From assembly GCA_002352465.1 (NCBI GenBank), contig DEIN01000008.1, forward strand, positions 64,564 through 128,563: a DNA stretch of 64,000 bases, read 5' to 3'. The position numbers and the translations under genes are program-made. This document shows, piece after piece, positions 36,431 to 46,007 of this stretch. The stretch is from Patescibacteria group bacterium UBA2773 (GTDB lineage: Bacteria > Patescibacteriota > Minisyncoccia > Moranbacterales > DUUL01). Numbering within the stretch: position 1 is the first letter of the stretch; each line of letters starts with the position of its first letter. The notes under the pieces were generated by a model. It worked only from the letters and a program-made list of their open reading frames with translations, searched no databases and was not told the DNA's origin.

Positions 36431-38328
36431 TACTTCTTAAGTACTTCCAAAAACGCTTGTTGCGGAATTTCTACTCTTCCTGATTGCTTGGCTCGACTTT
36501 TCCCCTTCTTTTGTTTTTCTAAGAGTTTTCGCTTTCGGGTAATATCGCCTCCATACATTCCAGCCGTGACGTCTTTTCTGAAAGGCCTGATGTTTTCTCT
36601 GGCCAAAATTTTTCCACCAATCGCGGCTTGAATCTTGATTAAAAAATTCTGTCGAGGAATAACGTCTTTTAGTTTTTTGACAATTTTGTTTCCAATCGCC
36701 AAAGTATTATCTCGGTGAATAATTTGAGAGAAAGAATCCACTTTTTCATCAGCTACATAGATGTCTAATTTTACCAAATCAGCTGGTTGATAGTCAACAA
36801 ATTCATAGCTGAACGAAGCATAACCTGAAGTGACAGATTTTAAATTGTCATTAAAATTAACAATAATATCGGCCAAGGACGAATTGAAAGACAAAATTAA
36901 TCTTTCAGCATCCAAATATTCAGTGGCAAGATAGTCCGACCGAGTACTTCGCTGAATCAATTCCATTACATCTCCCAAAAACTTAGAAGGCATTAAAACA
37001 TCCAACTTCACTCTAGGCTCTTTTATTTCTTCTATTTGACTAGGATCAGGCAAATCAGCGGCTGAATAAATTTTGAATGTTTCACCAGTGGTTTTCTCAA
37101 TTTCATACACCACGCTAGGAGTGGTTATGACTGGTTCAAAATTAAATTCTCTTGAAAGTCGTTCTTTAATAATTTCTAAGTGCAAAACTCCCAAAAAACC
37201 GATTCGAAACCCTCGCCCCAAGGCTGGAGAACTTTCTCCCTCGAAAACTAAGGCGGCATCATTCAGTTTTAATTTATCCAAAGCGTCTCGCATTTGGTTA
37301 TAGTCTTCTCCTTCAGTTGGATAGAAACTGGCATACATCATGGGTTCAACTTCTTTGTAGCCGGATAATGGCTCCACTTTGTTTTTTTCAAAATCTGCTT
37401 TCGAAGTGACAGTATCTCCTACTCGACATTCATCAACACTTTTAAGTCCTGTTGCAATATAGCCGATGTCTCCGGCTTTTAAAAATTCAGTCGCTTGCAA
37501 ATCGGGAGAGAATTTTCCGACTTCGATGGAGTGGGCTTTTTTGCTACTTCCGATTAAATAGATATCGTCTTCTCTTTTGGTTTTTCCTTCAAAAATTCGA
37601 ACAAATGCCAAAACTCCTTTATATGAATCATATTTAGAATCAAAAATCAAAGCTTTCAAAGGCGCATTTTCTTTTTCTGCTGGAGCGGGAATTCGTTCGA
37701 TTACCGCTTGCATCAAAGCGTCAACACCTTCTCCAGTTTTTCCGCTGACCGCTAGAATTTCTTCTTTTTTACAACCCAATAAATTTATTATTTCAATTTT
37801 AGTTTTTTCTGGATCGGCGTTGGGTAAATCAATTTTATTTACGACTGGAATAATTTCTAAATCTTGTTCAATGGCTTGATAAAGATTGGCTAAAGTTTGA
37901 GCTTGAACACCTTGAGTGCAATCCACTAACAAAATTGCACCCTCAACGGCTTTTAGAGATCTTGAAACTTCGTAGCCGAAGTCCACGTGACCAGGAGTGT
38001 CGATGAGATTCAAGGTGAACTCATCTTTGATTTTGAATTTTGAATTTCGAATGTTCAAATCATTAGTGATTTGAGATTTTGAATTTTGGTTTTGACTTGG
38101 ATTAATTTGAAATAATTTGGATTTTTGATTTTTATAAACATACTTCATCGTCACAGGTTGGAGTTTGATAGTAATTCCTCGTTCTCGTTCCAAATCCATA
38201 GTATCTAAAAGTTGTTCTTTCATATCTCGACCTTCAATCGTTTTGGTCATTTCCAACATTCTATCGGCCAAGGTTGATTTTCCGTGATCGATGTGAGCGA
38301 TTATACAAAAATTTCTGGTTTTGTTCAT
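36430..38328 (-). CDS. lepA: Elongation factor 4 with an in-frame low-complexity insertion
   Basis: AHIDHGKSTL, ERERGITIK, DTPGHVDF, YGGDITRKRKLL. Confidence 0.97.
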   Translation of the reverse strand: MNKTRNFCIIAHIDHGKSTLADRMLEMTKTIEGRDMKEQLLDTMDLERERGITIKLQPVTMKYVYKNQKSKLFQINPSQNQNSKSQITNDLNIRNSKFKIKDEFTLNLIDTPGHVDFGYEVSRSLKAVEGAILLVDCTQGVQAQTLANLYQAIEQDLEIIPVVNKIDLPNADPEKTKIEIINLLGCKKEEILAVSGKTGEGVDALMQAVIERIPAPAEKENAPLKALIFDSKYDSYKGVLAFVRIFEGKTKREDDIYLIGSSKKAHSIEVGKFSPDLQATEFLKAGDIGYIATGLKSVDECRVGDTVTSKADFEKNKVEPLSGYKEVEPMMYASFYPTEGEDYNQMRDALDKLKLNDAALVFEGESSPALGRGFRIGFLGVLHLEIIKERLSREFNFEPVITTPSVVYEIEKTTGETFKIYSAADLPDPSQIEEIKEPRVKLDVLMPSKFLGDVMELIQRSTRSDYLATEYLDAERLILSFNSSLADIIVNFNDNLKSVTSGYASFSYEFVDYQPADLVKLDIYVADEKVDSFSQIIHRDNTLAIGNKIVKKLKDVIPRQNFLIKIQAAIGGKILARENIRPFRKDVTAGMYGGDITRKRKLLEKQKKGKSRAKQSGRVEIPQQAFLEVLKK

Positions 38329-38538
38329 AAAATTCCTTTCAGTTTTTAACTAAGCTTATTATTTTCTTAATCACTTTACCACAACAAAGGGATTTTTCAA
38401 TGGAAAATTTATTGATTTTGGATTAGTTTTTTATAATTGATATGATAAATTTTCAATTTGTTTTGGAAATTAGTGTATGTTATTATTGAGATGTTTAATG
38501 GAATATTTTAAAAAATTTTATTCAAAGGAGGGTTTACC

Positions 38539-38691
38539 ATGTCCGAAAAGACTGAAGAAGCTAAACGACCTAGAAAGTTAAAGAAAAAACGTTGGAATGA
38601 TAAGCTTTTGTTATTAAATGCAAGTTCTGATCATTCCTCGAAAAACATCGAGGCTTTGAAAAGACGAGATGGAGTTTTAATCAGTAGATAA
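38539..38691 (+). CDS. 50-aa basic orphan protein (not in ORF track)
   Basis: AAAGGAGG SD; MSEKTEEAKRPRKLKKKRW...ISR*. Confidence 0.55.
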   Translation: MSEKTEEAKRPRKLKKKRWNDKLLLLNASSDHSSKNIEALKRRDGVLISR

Positions 38692-38709
38692 TGCAAAAAG
38701 GAGGTTGAG

Positions 38710-38880
38710 ATGTCTGAAAACAGAATAGAAATCAATAATCCTTTAAGTATCCAGAAAAAGGAAAAAGCATGGAAGGGGAAAACTTTTAACGAAAGATGCA
38801 AAGATGCAAAAAAAATGGTTGACTCACTTAAGAAAAAACCTATTTCAGAAAGGATATGGAGAATGAAATTTGACATTTAA
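38710..38880 (+). CDS. 56-aa basic orphan protein (not in ORF track)
   Basis: AAAGGAGGT SD; MSENRIEINNP...MKFDI*; hairpin GGGGAAAC/GTTTCCCC at 38904-38925. Confidence 0.55.
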   Translation: MSENRIEINNPLSIQKKEKAWKGKTFNERCKDAKKMVDSLKKKPISERIWRMKFDI

Positions 38881-39008
38881 AAAAACAGTTAACCATTCCA
38901 ACCGGGGAAACGAACCAGTTTCCCCGCTTGATTAATTTAGTAATGTTTATAAAATATAAATTTAAATTAATTCAAATTTTAATATTATATTTTTATTTAA
39001 AATAGATT

Positions 39009-39294
39009 ATGAAAAACAAAATACTACCTCCAACTTATTTTTGGATTATATTATTAGCGTCGATTATTGTTAATTATATTTTTGAAATTAAAACAATAAT
39101 AAAATTTCCTTATAATTTAATTGGCTTTATTCCAATTATTTTTGGTATTGTTATCAATATAATCACCGATAATATTTTTAAAACTGAAAAAACTACGGTT
39201 AAACCAAACATCCTGAAGAAAAAAATCTTGAAAAAATATTTGGCAAAAAATATTTAGATTATAAAAAATCAAAGAAGATGGTTTTAATTTTTGA
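39009..39294 (+). pseudogene. Internally deleted ICMT/PEMT-family methyltransferase
   Basis: N-terminal PP..F...TTVKP joined out of frame to C-terminal PEEKNLEKIFGKKYLDYKK; the central TGPY...RNPMY-type region is absent. Confidence 0.65.
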
Positions 39295-39507
39295 AAAGAT
39301 ATAAATATAAAATTTAAAAATATAATTATGATCAATATTATAAATTTATTAAAACAAAAAAAGTCTTTTATCTTTTATTTTTTTGGATCTTTTGTTGTTA
39401 TTTTTTTATTTGGCCAATATTTTTTTAATAGCTTGATTCTTCTTTTGATGGTTTGTCTATTTTTTTTTATGTTTTTCACAATTAGTGCCTTTTTTTAAAA
39501 ATCTAAT

Positions 39508-40023
39508 TTGACTTTATTGTTTGTATTTTTATTAACAATTATTCCGTTACAATTGCCAAGTGCTTATATTACGAAGAAATACTTATTTTCATATCTTTCA
39601 AATCCATTTTATTATTATCTAGTAAATTGGTTACTAATAATTTCATCAGGAATTTTAATTACGATTTTGTATTTTTTAATAAAAAGAACGATAAAATATA
39701 AAAAAATATTTGCTTCATTGTTTTTCGTTTTAATTATCATTATTAATTTATTTGGTACTTATTTTTATATTGTATTAGCAGGAACATTTTACAGCCCGAA
39801 TTATGACGGATGTGGATCAAAATTCAACAAAGCTTTTCTAGAGGGAGCTGAAAATAATGACAATTATTTTTGCTCAAATCTAGAAATATTGATAAATAAA
39901 ACTGATTACCATTCAACCTGGGGTGGTGGTAAATATTGTCGAACTCCTAATAATATTATTATTGAAAAACACAACAAAGAAAAAAATTGTTTCAAAGCAT
40001 TTTCTATGTTTGAACAAAATTAA
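39508..40023 (+). CDS. Membrane protein with Cys-containing C-terminus; 5' part probably frameshifted (upstream ATG at 39329)
   Basis: ORF track; T-rich hydrophobic coding sequence continues upstream across homopolymer runs. Confidence 0.45.
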   Translation: MTLLFVFLLTIIPLQLPSAYITKKYLFSYLSNPFYYYLVNWLLIISSGILITILYFLIKRTIKYKKIFASLFFVLIIIINLFGTYFYIVLAGTFYSPNYDGCGSKFNKAFLEGAENNDNYFCSNLEILINKTDYHSTWGGGKYCRTPNNIIIEKHNKEKNCFKAFSMFEQN

Positions 40024-40104
40024 TTTATTTATTTAAAACAAAAAACATACTTTAAAAAACATAAAAACGGGTCGGTGTGTTTGAACCGAACCCGTTTTTA
40101 GAAT

Positions 40105-40470
40105 TTACTTGAAAAAAGAATGAGAAATTCGTAGTGCAAAGCCGAATCCTCCAACGATAAAAGTTAAAATTCCGGCGACTGAAGATATTTTAGAGAAAAT
40201 GTCAGTTGTAAGAGTACAAGTTTTTTCTCCACAAAAATATTTATCTTCTTTTCGATAAATTTTAATCATAAATACACCCATAACCATACCAACGGTATAA
40301 ATAAAAAATTCATCAACGAGAAAATCAAAAAGTTTAATACTACCAAAAACATCAAAAGTAAATTTTTGCCAAAAATTTAGCAACATTATTCCAGCAGAAC
40401 GAATACCCAAGCCAAATACTAAAAGGCCTAAAAATGAAACTGTTAGTTTAAAACGATCGTTCATCGTCAT
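40105..40470 (-). CDS. Three-TM orphan protein
   Basis: AAAGGAG SD; terminator 40064-40099. Confidence 0.6.
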   Translation of the reverse strand: MTMNDRFKLTVSFLGLLVFGLGIRSAGIMLLNFWQKFTFDVFGSIKLFDFLVDEFFIYTVGMVMGVFMIKIYRKEDKYFCGEKTCTLTTDIFSKISSVAGILTFIVGGFGFALRISHSFFK

Positions 40471-40657
40471 TGAACCTACTCCTTTCTTTTATTATTTTCA
40501 AATAGCTCAAAATCTAATTATAGCTTTTTTAAATAATTTGTCTAGATTTTAGAACATTAAAAATCTATTGAAAAATTATATCGTTTGTTCTAAATTTAAG
40601 TTGTATTCAAAAAGTATTCTCCTAAAATATAATCATATTCCAAAAAAGGAGCTTAAT

Positions 40658-40858
40658 ATGTCTAATTTTGAAAAAATTTCCGAAATATTAGCCGATAATA
40701 TGAGAAATTTGGAAAATAGTATGGGATTTGCCTGCCATCAATCAACAATAAAAATTATTCGTGTTGTTGACGAATGGGGACGAATAACTTTTGATAAAAT
40801 TACATTAATCAAAAATATTCCAATTTGGAAAGGAAAAGTAAATGATTTCAAAAATTGA
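40658..40858 (+). CDS. Small orphan protein (start MSNFEK)
   Basis: AAGGAG SD; hairpin AGGGACAGC/GCTGTCCCT at 40870-40898. Confidence 0.55.
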   Translation: MSNFEKISEILADNMRNLENSMGFACHQSTIKIIRVVDEWGRITFDKITLIKNIPIWKGKVNDFKN

Positions 40859-40978
40859 ATCAAATTTTTCAGGGACAGCTATAAATTTCGCTGTCCCTTA
40901 AATTCTGCTTAATTTTGACCTAAAAATTTTCTTAAATTATCGTTAAGACAATTAAATAATTATTAATATTAAAACAAA

Positions 40979-41245
40979 ATGAACAAAAATAAATATTGGT
41001 TTAAACCGAAAAAATATGGTTATGACTTCACTCCGATTTCTTGGGAAAGTTAGATTTTAACTTTAATTTTTGTGACTTTAATTTTTATTTCAGCTTATGC
41101 TAATAATGTTTTTTAGCCTTTCATTAAATTAAAAAACGGTTGTCGATTTTTGTTGGATATAATTATTTTGACTTCTCTGTTTTCTTTGATTTCAAAAAAC
41201 AGATTAAGAAACGGCTTAGCTTGAAGCTGGGAAAACAAAAAATAA
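40979..41245 (+). pseudogene. Degraded two-TM protein (WFKPKKYGY..TP.SWE type)
   Basis: Single frame with stops at 41051 (TAG), 41114 (TAG), 41222 (TGA). Confidence 0.6.
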
Positions 41246-41383
41246 GATTTAATTTTTCTACCATTCTTCAGTAAATAGTAGAAAATAATTTTATTTTATT
41301 TGTCGAAAAAGTGAACAAAAAATATTTTAAAAGCGGACTCATTTTTTACAAGCCCGCTTTTCTTTTGATTTTTTTATCAATTT

Positions 41384-41695
41384 TTATCCAAATTGATTCC
41401 CGATTTCGATGAAATCAACCTCGAGTGCACCAGTTGGAATCTCTAGTCGAGGTTTTTCTCCTTCGGCTATCCAATAACAATCGGCGCTCAATCCACCATT
41501 AACCATAAAAACTGTTTCCAGTAAAATACCGTCTTTGTTATAACGAGTTTTTTCAAAACCCTGCATAATTATAACCGAACGATATACGCCACCATCTTTC
41601 GAAAAAAGCATAAATGGTACTTTACTTTTCAATTCATCTTTATCAAATTGTCCCATTAAAAATGATTGAACTGGATTTATTCCCTTTGTTTCCAT
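41384..41695 (-). CDS. Hypothetical protein, paralog of 41728-42039
   Basis: AAGGAG SD; shared YxSVI...G.LLE.VF...G...AD.YW..EG..PR. Confidence 0.7.
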   Translation of the reverse strand: METKGINPVQSFLMGQFDKDELKSKVPFMLFSKDGGVYRSVIIMQGFEKTRYNKDGILLETVFMVNGGLSADCYWIAEGEKPRLEIPTGALEVDFIEIGNQFG

Positions 41696-41727
41696 AATCT
41701 TACTCCTTTGATTTAAACAATCTTTTT

Positions 41728-42039
41728 TTAACTTAATATATTTTCTTTAATTTTAATCCTATCAATCCATAATGGTTTATAATAAGAACGAAATTTAATT
41801 CGAGGCAATTGACCTTCTGTCAACCAATAAAAATCAGCATCATAAACACCATGAGTTGAAAAAACAATCTCCAGAAGTTCTCCATTTGGTCCTTGCTCAA
41901 ATTTTACCGAATCACTGTTAACGATAACTGAATTATATAAAGCGTGACCAGAAACGATGCTTAAATATGTTGAATAACCAAAATTATTCTTTAGAAAAAT
42001 CTGAGTTAAAACTGCTTGAACTTCATTTGATTTTTTCAT
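41728..42039 (-). CDS. Hypothetical protein, paralog of 41384-41695
   Basis: GGGAGG SD; shared motif with the neighbour. Confidence 0.7.
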   Translation of the reverse strand: MKKSNEVQAVLTQIFLKNNFGYSTYLSIVSGHALYNSVIVNSDSVKFEQGPNGELLEIVFSTHGVYDADFYWLTEGQLPRIKFRSYYKPLWIDRIKIKENILS

Positions 42040-42307
42040 AGTCAATTCCTCCCTTTAAAATTGAAAAAATAGTTATTTTTGTCAAAGTTCTTTAACTTGA
42101 TAAAAAATTCTAGAATTTAAAAATGTTTTTGTCAACTAACTAAATAATTTTTAATTATTCATTCTTTCTGTTATTCTTAATGTAATAATAAAATTTTTAG
42201 ACTTGATTCAATTTTTGAATTAGATTTTATTGAGATCAAAAAAAATAAAATTCTCTATTTTTATCTAATTCTTTGCTTAATAATATTTTTTAATTTTAAA
42301 AAATAAT

Positions 42308-42835
42308 ATGAAAAAAATCATTGTTAGTTCAAAAAATCCAGTTAAATTGGAAGCTTCCAGAAAAGGTTTTGAAAAAATGTTTCCTGAAGATAAATTTGAA
42401 TTTGTCAGCCTAGACTCATCTTCTGAAGTTCCCGACTAACCAATAGGAAATGAATAAACTTTTCAAGGCGCTCAAAATAGAATCAAAAACGCTCAAAGAG
42501 AAATTCCAAACGCTGATTTTTATATTGGAATTGAGGGTGGAATAAATTTAAAAGAAAAAGACACGGAAATTTTTGCTTGGATAATAATTGAATCAAAAAA
42601 TCAAATTGGAAAATCCAGAACTGCGACTTTTTATCTTCCAGAAAAAATGAATAAATTTTTAAAAAAAGGCGAGGAAGTTGGAATTGTGACGGATTTAGTT
42701 TTCAAAACTAATAATTCGAAGCAGAAAGGTGGCGCAGTCGGAATTTTAACCGATGGCATTGTTAATCGAACTAAATGTTATGAAGATTCAGTTGTTTTAG
42801 CCCTGATTCCGTTTAAAAATTCAGATTTATATTAA
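42308..42835 (+). pseudogene. yjjX: Inosine/xanthosine triphosphatase (YjjX family) with two in-frame TAA stops
   Basis: SKNPVK, S.VPD*P, GAQNR, IGIEGG, NSKQKGGAVGILT; TAA at 42437 and 42455. Confidence 0.85.
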
Positions 42836-42920
42836 TAGTACCATTTCCAATCATAAACCAAAATATCCAATTCAAATTTACGTAATTAATTACGTAAACG
42901 ATTACGTAATCCAAAAAAAA

Positions 42921-43796
42921 TTATACTTTATTTTTTAAATATTCAGCTAAAGCTTCGGTATAATTTCGAAGTTTTGGAAAACGAGTATTTTGCAAGATTG
43001 AAGACATTGGACGTTTGGCTGGCCGAGGAAATTTGTCACTACCGACTGGATTAACTTTGATTTCAATATTCTGAATCTTGAATAATTCGATAACACTCTC
43101 GTACCAGCTGACAGCTCCATCATTAACAATATGATAAATTCCCGAATTATAGTTTTTCTTTAAAATAGTTTTTGTCGCTTGGGCTAAATCGAAAGTATAA
43201 GTAAAACAACTCCATTCTTCATTGACTACATCCAACTGATCTTTAGTTTTTGCCAAATTCAGCATCACATCAAAAAAGCTTGCTTTAGCAAATTCGCTTT
43301 CGCCTTTTGGTCCAAATAACTTTGAAGTTCTGATGAGGAAATATTTTAAGTTTTTATTCTTTACTTTTATTCGAGCGATTTCTTTTTCTCCAGCATATTT
43401 TGTTTCTCCGTAGCTTTGAATTGGACTAGGGCTATCTTTTTCGTTGTAGAATTTTTGGTCGACCTCTCCGCCAAAAACATAGTCAGTGGAAAAATGAACT
43501 AATTTTGCTTTTATTCCAACGGCAATTTGAGCTAAATTTTTAGGTAAATCTCGATTCAATTTATAAGCTAAATCCAATTCTTTGATATCTTCTTCACAAG
43601 CATCAACATTGTTATAGGCCACTGCATTGATAATAATTTCCGGCTTCTCCGCTCTGATTTTTTTCGCCAATTTTTCAAAATTCAGAAAATCTAGTTCTTC
43701 TCTATCCCAAGCCAAAACTTGATAATTGTTCTGAAAAACTTTTACTAACTGTGTTCCTAAGTTCCCTTTTGCTCCCAAAATTAAAACTTTTTTCAT
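42921..43796 (-). CDS. rfbD: dTDP-4-dehydrorhamnose reductase
   Basis: GAKGNLG, STDYVF, YGETKYAGE, PAKRP. Confidence 0.92.
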   Translation of the reverse strand: MKKVLILGAKGNLGTQLVKVFQNNYQVLAWDREELDFLNFEKLAKKIRAEKPEIIINAVAYNNVDACEEDIKELDLAYKLNRDLPKNLAQIAVGIKAKLVHFSTDYVFGGEVDQKFYNEKDSPSPIQSYGETKYAGEKEIARIKVKNKNLKYFLIRTSKLFGPKGESEFAKASFFDVMLNLAKTKDQLDVVNEEWSCFTYTFDLAQATKTILKKNYNSGIYHIVNDGAVSWYESVIELFKIQNIEIKVNPVGSDKFPRPAKRPMSSILQNTRFPKLRNYTEALAEYLKNKV

Positions 43797-43853
43797 ATTA
43801 TTTTATTAAGTTAAAATTATTATTTAATATTTATACTTTAATAAGTATTTTTT

Positions 43854-43881
43854 TAATCCCATTAACTGAACAATGGGATTA
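43854..43881. repeat. 28-bp palindrome, copy downstream of the TrpR-like gene
   Basis: TAATCCCATTAACTGAACAATGGGATTA. Confidence 0.85.
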
Positions 43882-43890
43882 TAAATATTT

Positions 43891-44307
43891 TTATTTTTTA
43901 AATTTATCTAATAAATTAAAAATAAGGAAATGAGCTGGATATTTCTTCTTTATCGCCTCCCACTCATTAGTAGGAATAACCTTTTTTCTCTTTTTTTGGC
44001 TTTCTGCTTTTTTTAGCTCTTCCATATATCCGCCAAAACCACTATACAACCATTTATTAACATTATTAACCGTGCTAGAACCAACTTTCAATTTTTTCTT
44101 AATATCATCATAACCGAATCCCTCTAACAGCATTTTTGCAATTTCAATTCGATAAGCAATCATGATTGATTCACCTGGAGTCAATAGGTCTTTTAAAAAT
44201 TTTTGAGCATTTTCCTTGTTCTTAATTTGAGATATTATTTGATAAAAATTTCCCAAAAGTTGAGCTCTAATTTTTGGTTCTATTTCATGAAATTTCTTTT
44301 TTGACAT
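43891..44307 (-). CDS. YerC/YecD TrpR-related HTH protein (start taken at MSKKK, 44307)
   Basis: FLKDLLTPGE.IM...R..IAKML..G.GY..I...L.V...TV..V. Confidence 0.85.
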   Translation of the reverse strand: MSKKKFHEIEPKIRAQLLGNFYQIISQIKNKENAQKFLKDLLTPGESIMIAYRIEIAKMLLEGFGYDDIKKKLKVGSSTVNNVNKWLYSGFGGYMEELKKAESQKKRKKVIPTNEWEAIKKKYPAHFLIFNLLDKFKK

Positions 44308-44316
44308 TTTTTTTGA

Positions 44317-44344
44317 TAATCCCATTGACTGAACAATGGGATTA
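44317..44344. repeat. 28-bp palindrome, copy upstream of the TrpR-like gene
   Basis: TAATCCCATTGACTGAACAATGGGATTA. Confidence 0.85.
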
Positions 44345-44422
44345 ATTTTAATTTTTAATTTTGATTCTTTTGTTTTTATTGTTTATTATTTTTTTATTCT
44401 TTATTGTATATCATATCTTTTT

Positions 44423-44986
44423 TTATAAATAATTGTCTAATTTGCCTTGGAAAAATGCCATAGAAAAAGCAGAAATCAAAGGGCTGTCAATCAGCTCGTT
44501 ATTGATAATCATTTTTTTAATTTGATTTATTGAATATTTTTCTACTTCAAAAACATCCTTATCGAGAGGATCTTGTCGAGGATTTTTCGTTTTTTTGACA
44601 TCATACGCAATAAAAACATAGGCTTTGGCTTCCGCTAAGCCATTAGCTTCGTAAAACTCTCCCAACCTTTCCCAATTGCTAGAAATCAAAGAGGCTTCTT
44701 CTTCTAGTTCTCTTTTAGCCGCGAACAAAGGATTTTCTCCATCTAATCCCCCCGAGGGTAATTCTAAAGTAATTTTATCAATGGGATAACGATGTTGTTT
44801 CACCATCCAAATATCACCGTTTTTATCAATCGGGACAACAACTGCAAAAGAAGCTCCTCTTACTACTGAATATTGGCCAGTTTTTCCGCCAGGAGTGACT
44901 ACTTCATCTTTTTCAACTCGGTAATAACCGTTATAATCATGAATTTCAATGGTTTTGACTTTTTTCCATTTTTTCATAATATCCAA
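44423..44986 (-). CDS. NUDIX hydrolase (ADP-ribose pyrophosphatase-like)
   Basis: QHRYP, ELPSG, AKRELEEE Nudix box. Confidence 0.88.
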   Translation of the reverse strand: MDIMKKWKKVKTIEIHDYNGYYRVEKDEVVTPGGKTGQYSVVRGASFAVVVPIDKNGDIWMVKQHRYPIDKITLELPSGGLDGENPLFAAKRELEEEASLISSNWERLGEFYEANGLAEAKAYVFIAYDVKKTKNPRQDPLDKDVFEVEKYSINQIKKMIINNELIDSPLISAFSMAFFQGKLDNYL

Positions 44987-44989
44987 TTA

Positions 44990-46006
44990 TTATTGATATT
45001 GTTTTTTATAATATTCTTGGTATTCACCAGATTTTATATTTTTCCACCAAGTTTGATTGTTTTCATACCATTCGATTGTTTTCTTTAGTCCATCTTCAAA
45101 TTCTATTTCTGGTTCCCAGCCTAATTCGTTTTTAATTTTCGAAGCGTTAATTCCATATCGCAAGTCGTGCCCTTTTCGATCAGCTACGTATTCAATTTGA
45201 TCTTCTCCCTTACCCATAAATTCTAAAATTTTTCCAGTAATTTCCAGATTGGTTTTTTCACCGTCTGCTCCTAAACAATAGGTTTCGCCGATTTTTCCCT
45301 TCTCAATAATCATCATTACTCCTCGATTATGATCATCAACATAAATCCAATCTCGAACCGCTTCTCCAGTGCCATAGATTGGAATTTTTTTGCCTTCCAT
45401 TAGATTTGTAGTAAATAATGGAATAATTTTTTCGGGAAATTGATAAGGTCCGTAGTTATTAGAACAATTTGAAATTGTAATTGGTAATTGATGGGTATAG
45501 AAATAAGCTCGCACCAAATGATCAGAGGCAGCTTTAGAAGCACTGTACGGACTGCGAGGATTATAGGAGGTAAGTTCATCGAAAGGCTTATCATTCCCTC
45601 CTAGATGGCCAAATACTTCGTCAGTAGAAACATGATGAAAACGAATTTTTCCATTTTTTAAAGCCACGTCCAAAAGCACTCTCGTGCCTTCAACATTGGT
45701 TTTTATAAAATCCTTACTATCCAAAACTGATCGATCAACATGAGATTCAGCTGCGAAATGAACAATTAAATCAATTTTGTTTTCTTTGACGATTTTATCA
45801 ACCAACGCTTCATTGCAAATATCACCTTGAATAAATTTATAATTTTCATTATTTTCTATTTCTTTCAGATTTTCTAAATTCCCAGCGTAGGTCAAGGCAT
45901 CCAAATTAATAATTTTGGTTTCTGGATATTTTTTGATTATATAATGAATAAAATTTGAACCGATAAAGCCTGCCCCACCGGTCACTAAAATATTTTTATA
46001 TTTCAT
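44990..46006 (-). CDS. rfbB: dTDP-glucose 4,6-dehydratase
   Basis: TGGAGFIG, AAESHVDRS, STDEV, YSASK. Confidence 0.96.
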   Translation of the reverse strand: MKYKNILVTGGAGFIGSNFIHYIIKKYPETKIINLDALTYAGNLENLKEIENNENYKFIQGDICNEALVDKIVKENKIDLIVHFAAESHVDRSVLDSKDFIKTNVEGTRVLLDVALKNGKIRFHHVSTDEVFGHLGGNDKPFDELTSYNPRSPYSASKAASDHLVRAYFYTHQLPITISNCSNNYGPYQFPEKIIPLFTTNLMEGKKIPIYGTGEAVRDWIYVDDHNRGVMMIIEKGKIGETYCLGADGEKTNLEITGKILEFMGKGEDQIEYVADRKGHDLRYGINASKIKNELGWEPEIEFEDGLKKTIEWYENNQTWWKNIKSGEYQEYYKKQYQ

Positions 46007-46007
46007 A

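Noticed and set aside
36398-36631. ORF starting MIKNCKLKIEN
   Set aside because: Translation of the heptamer repeat plus lepA antisense
38631-38876. 81-aa minus-strand ORF
   Set aside because: Antisense to two plus-strand ORFs with strong SD sites and a terminator
40979-42835. Stop-codon reassignment (e.g. code 25)
   Set aside because: TAA, TAG and TGA all end conserved genes at expected positions; internal stops are of mixed types and confined to accessory genes
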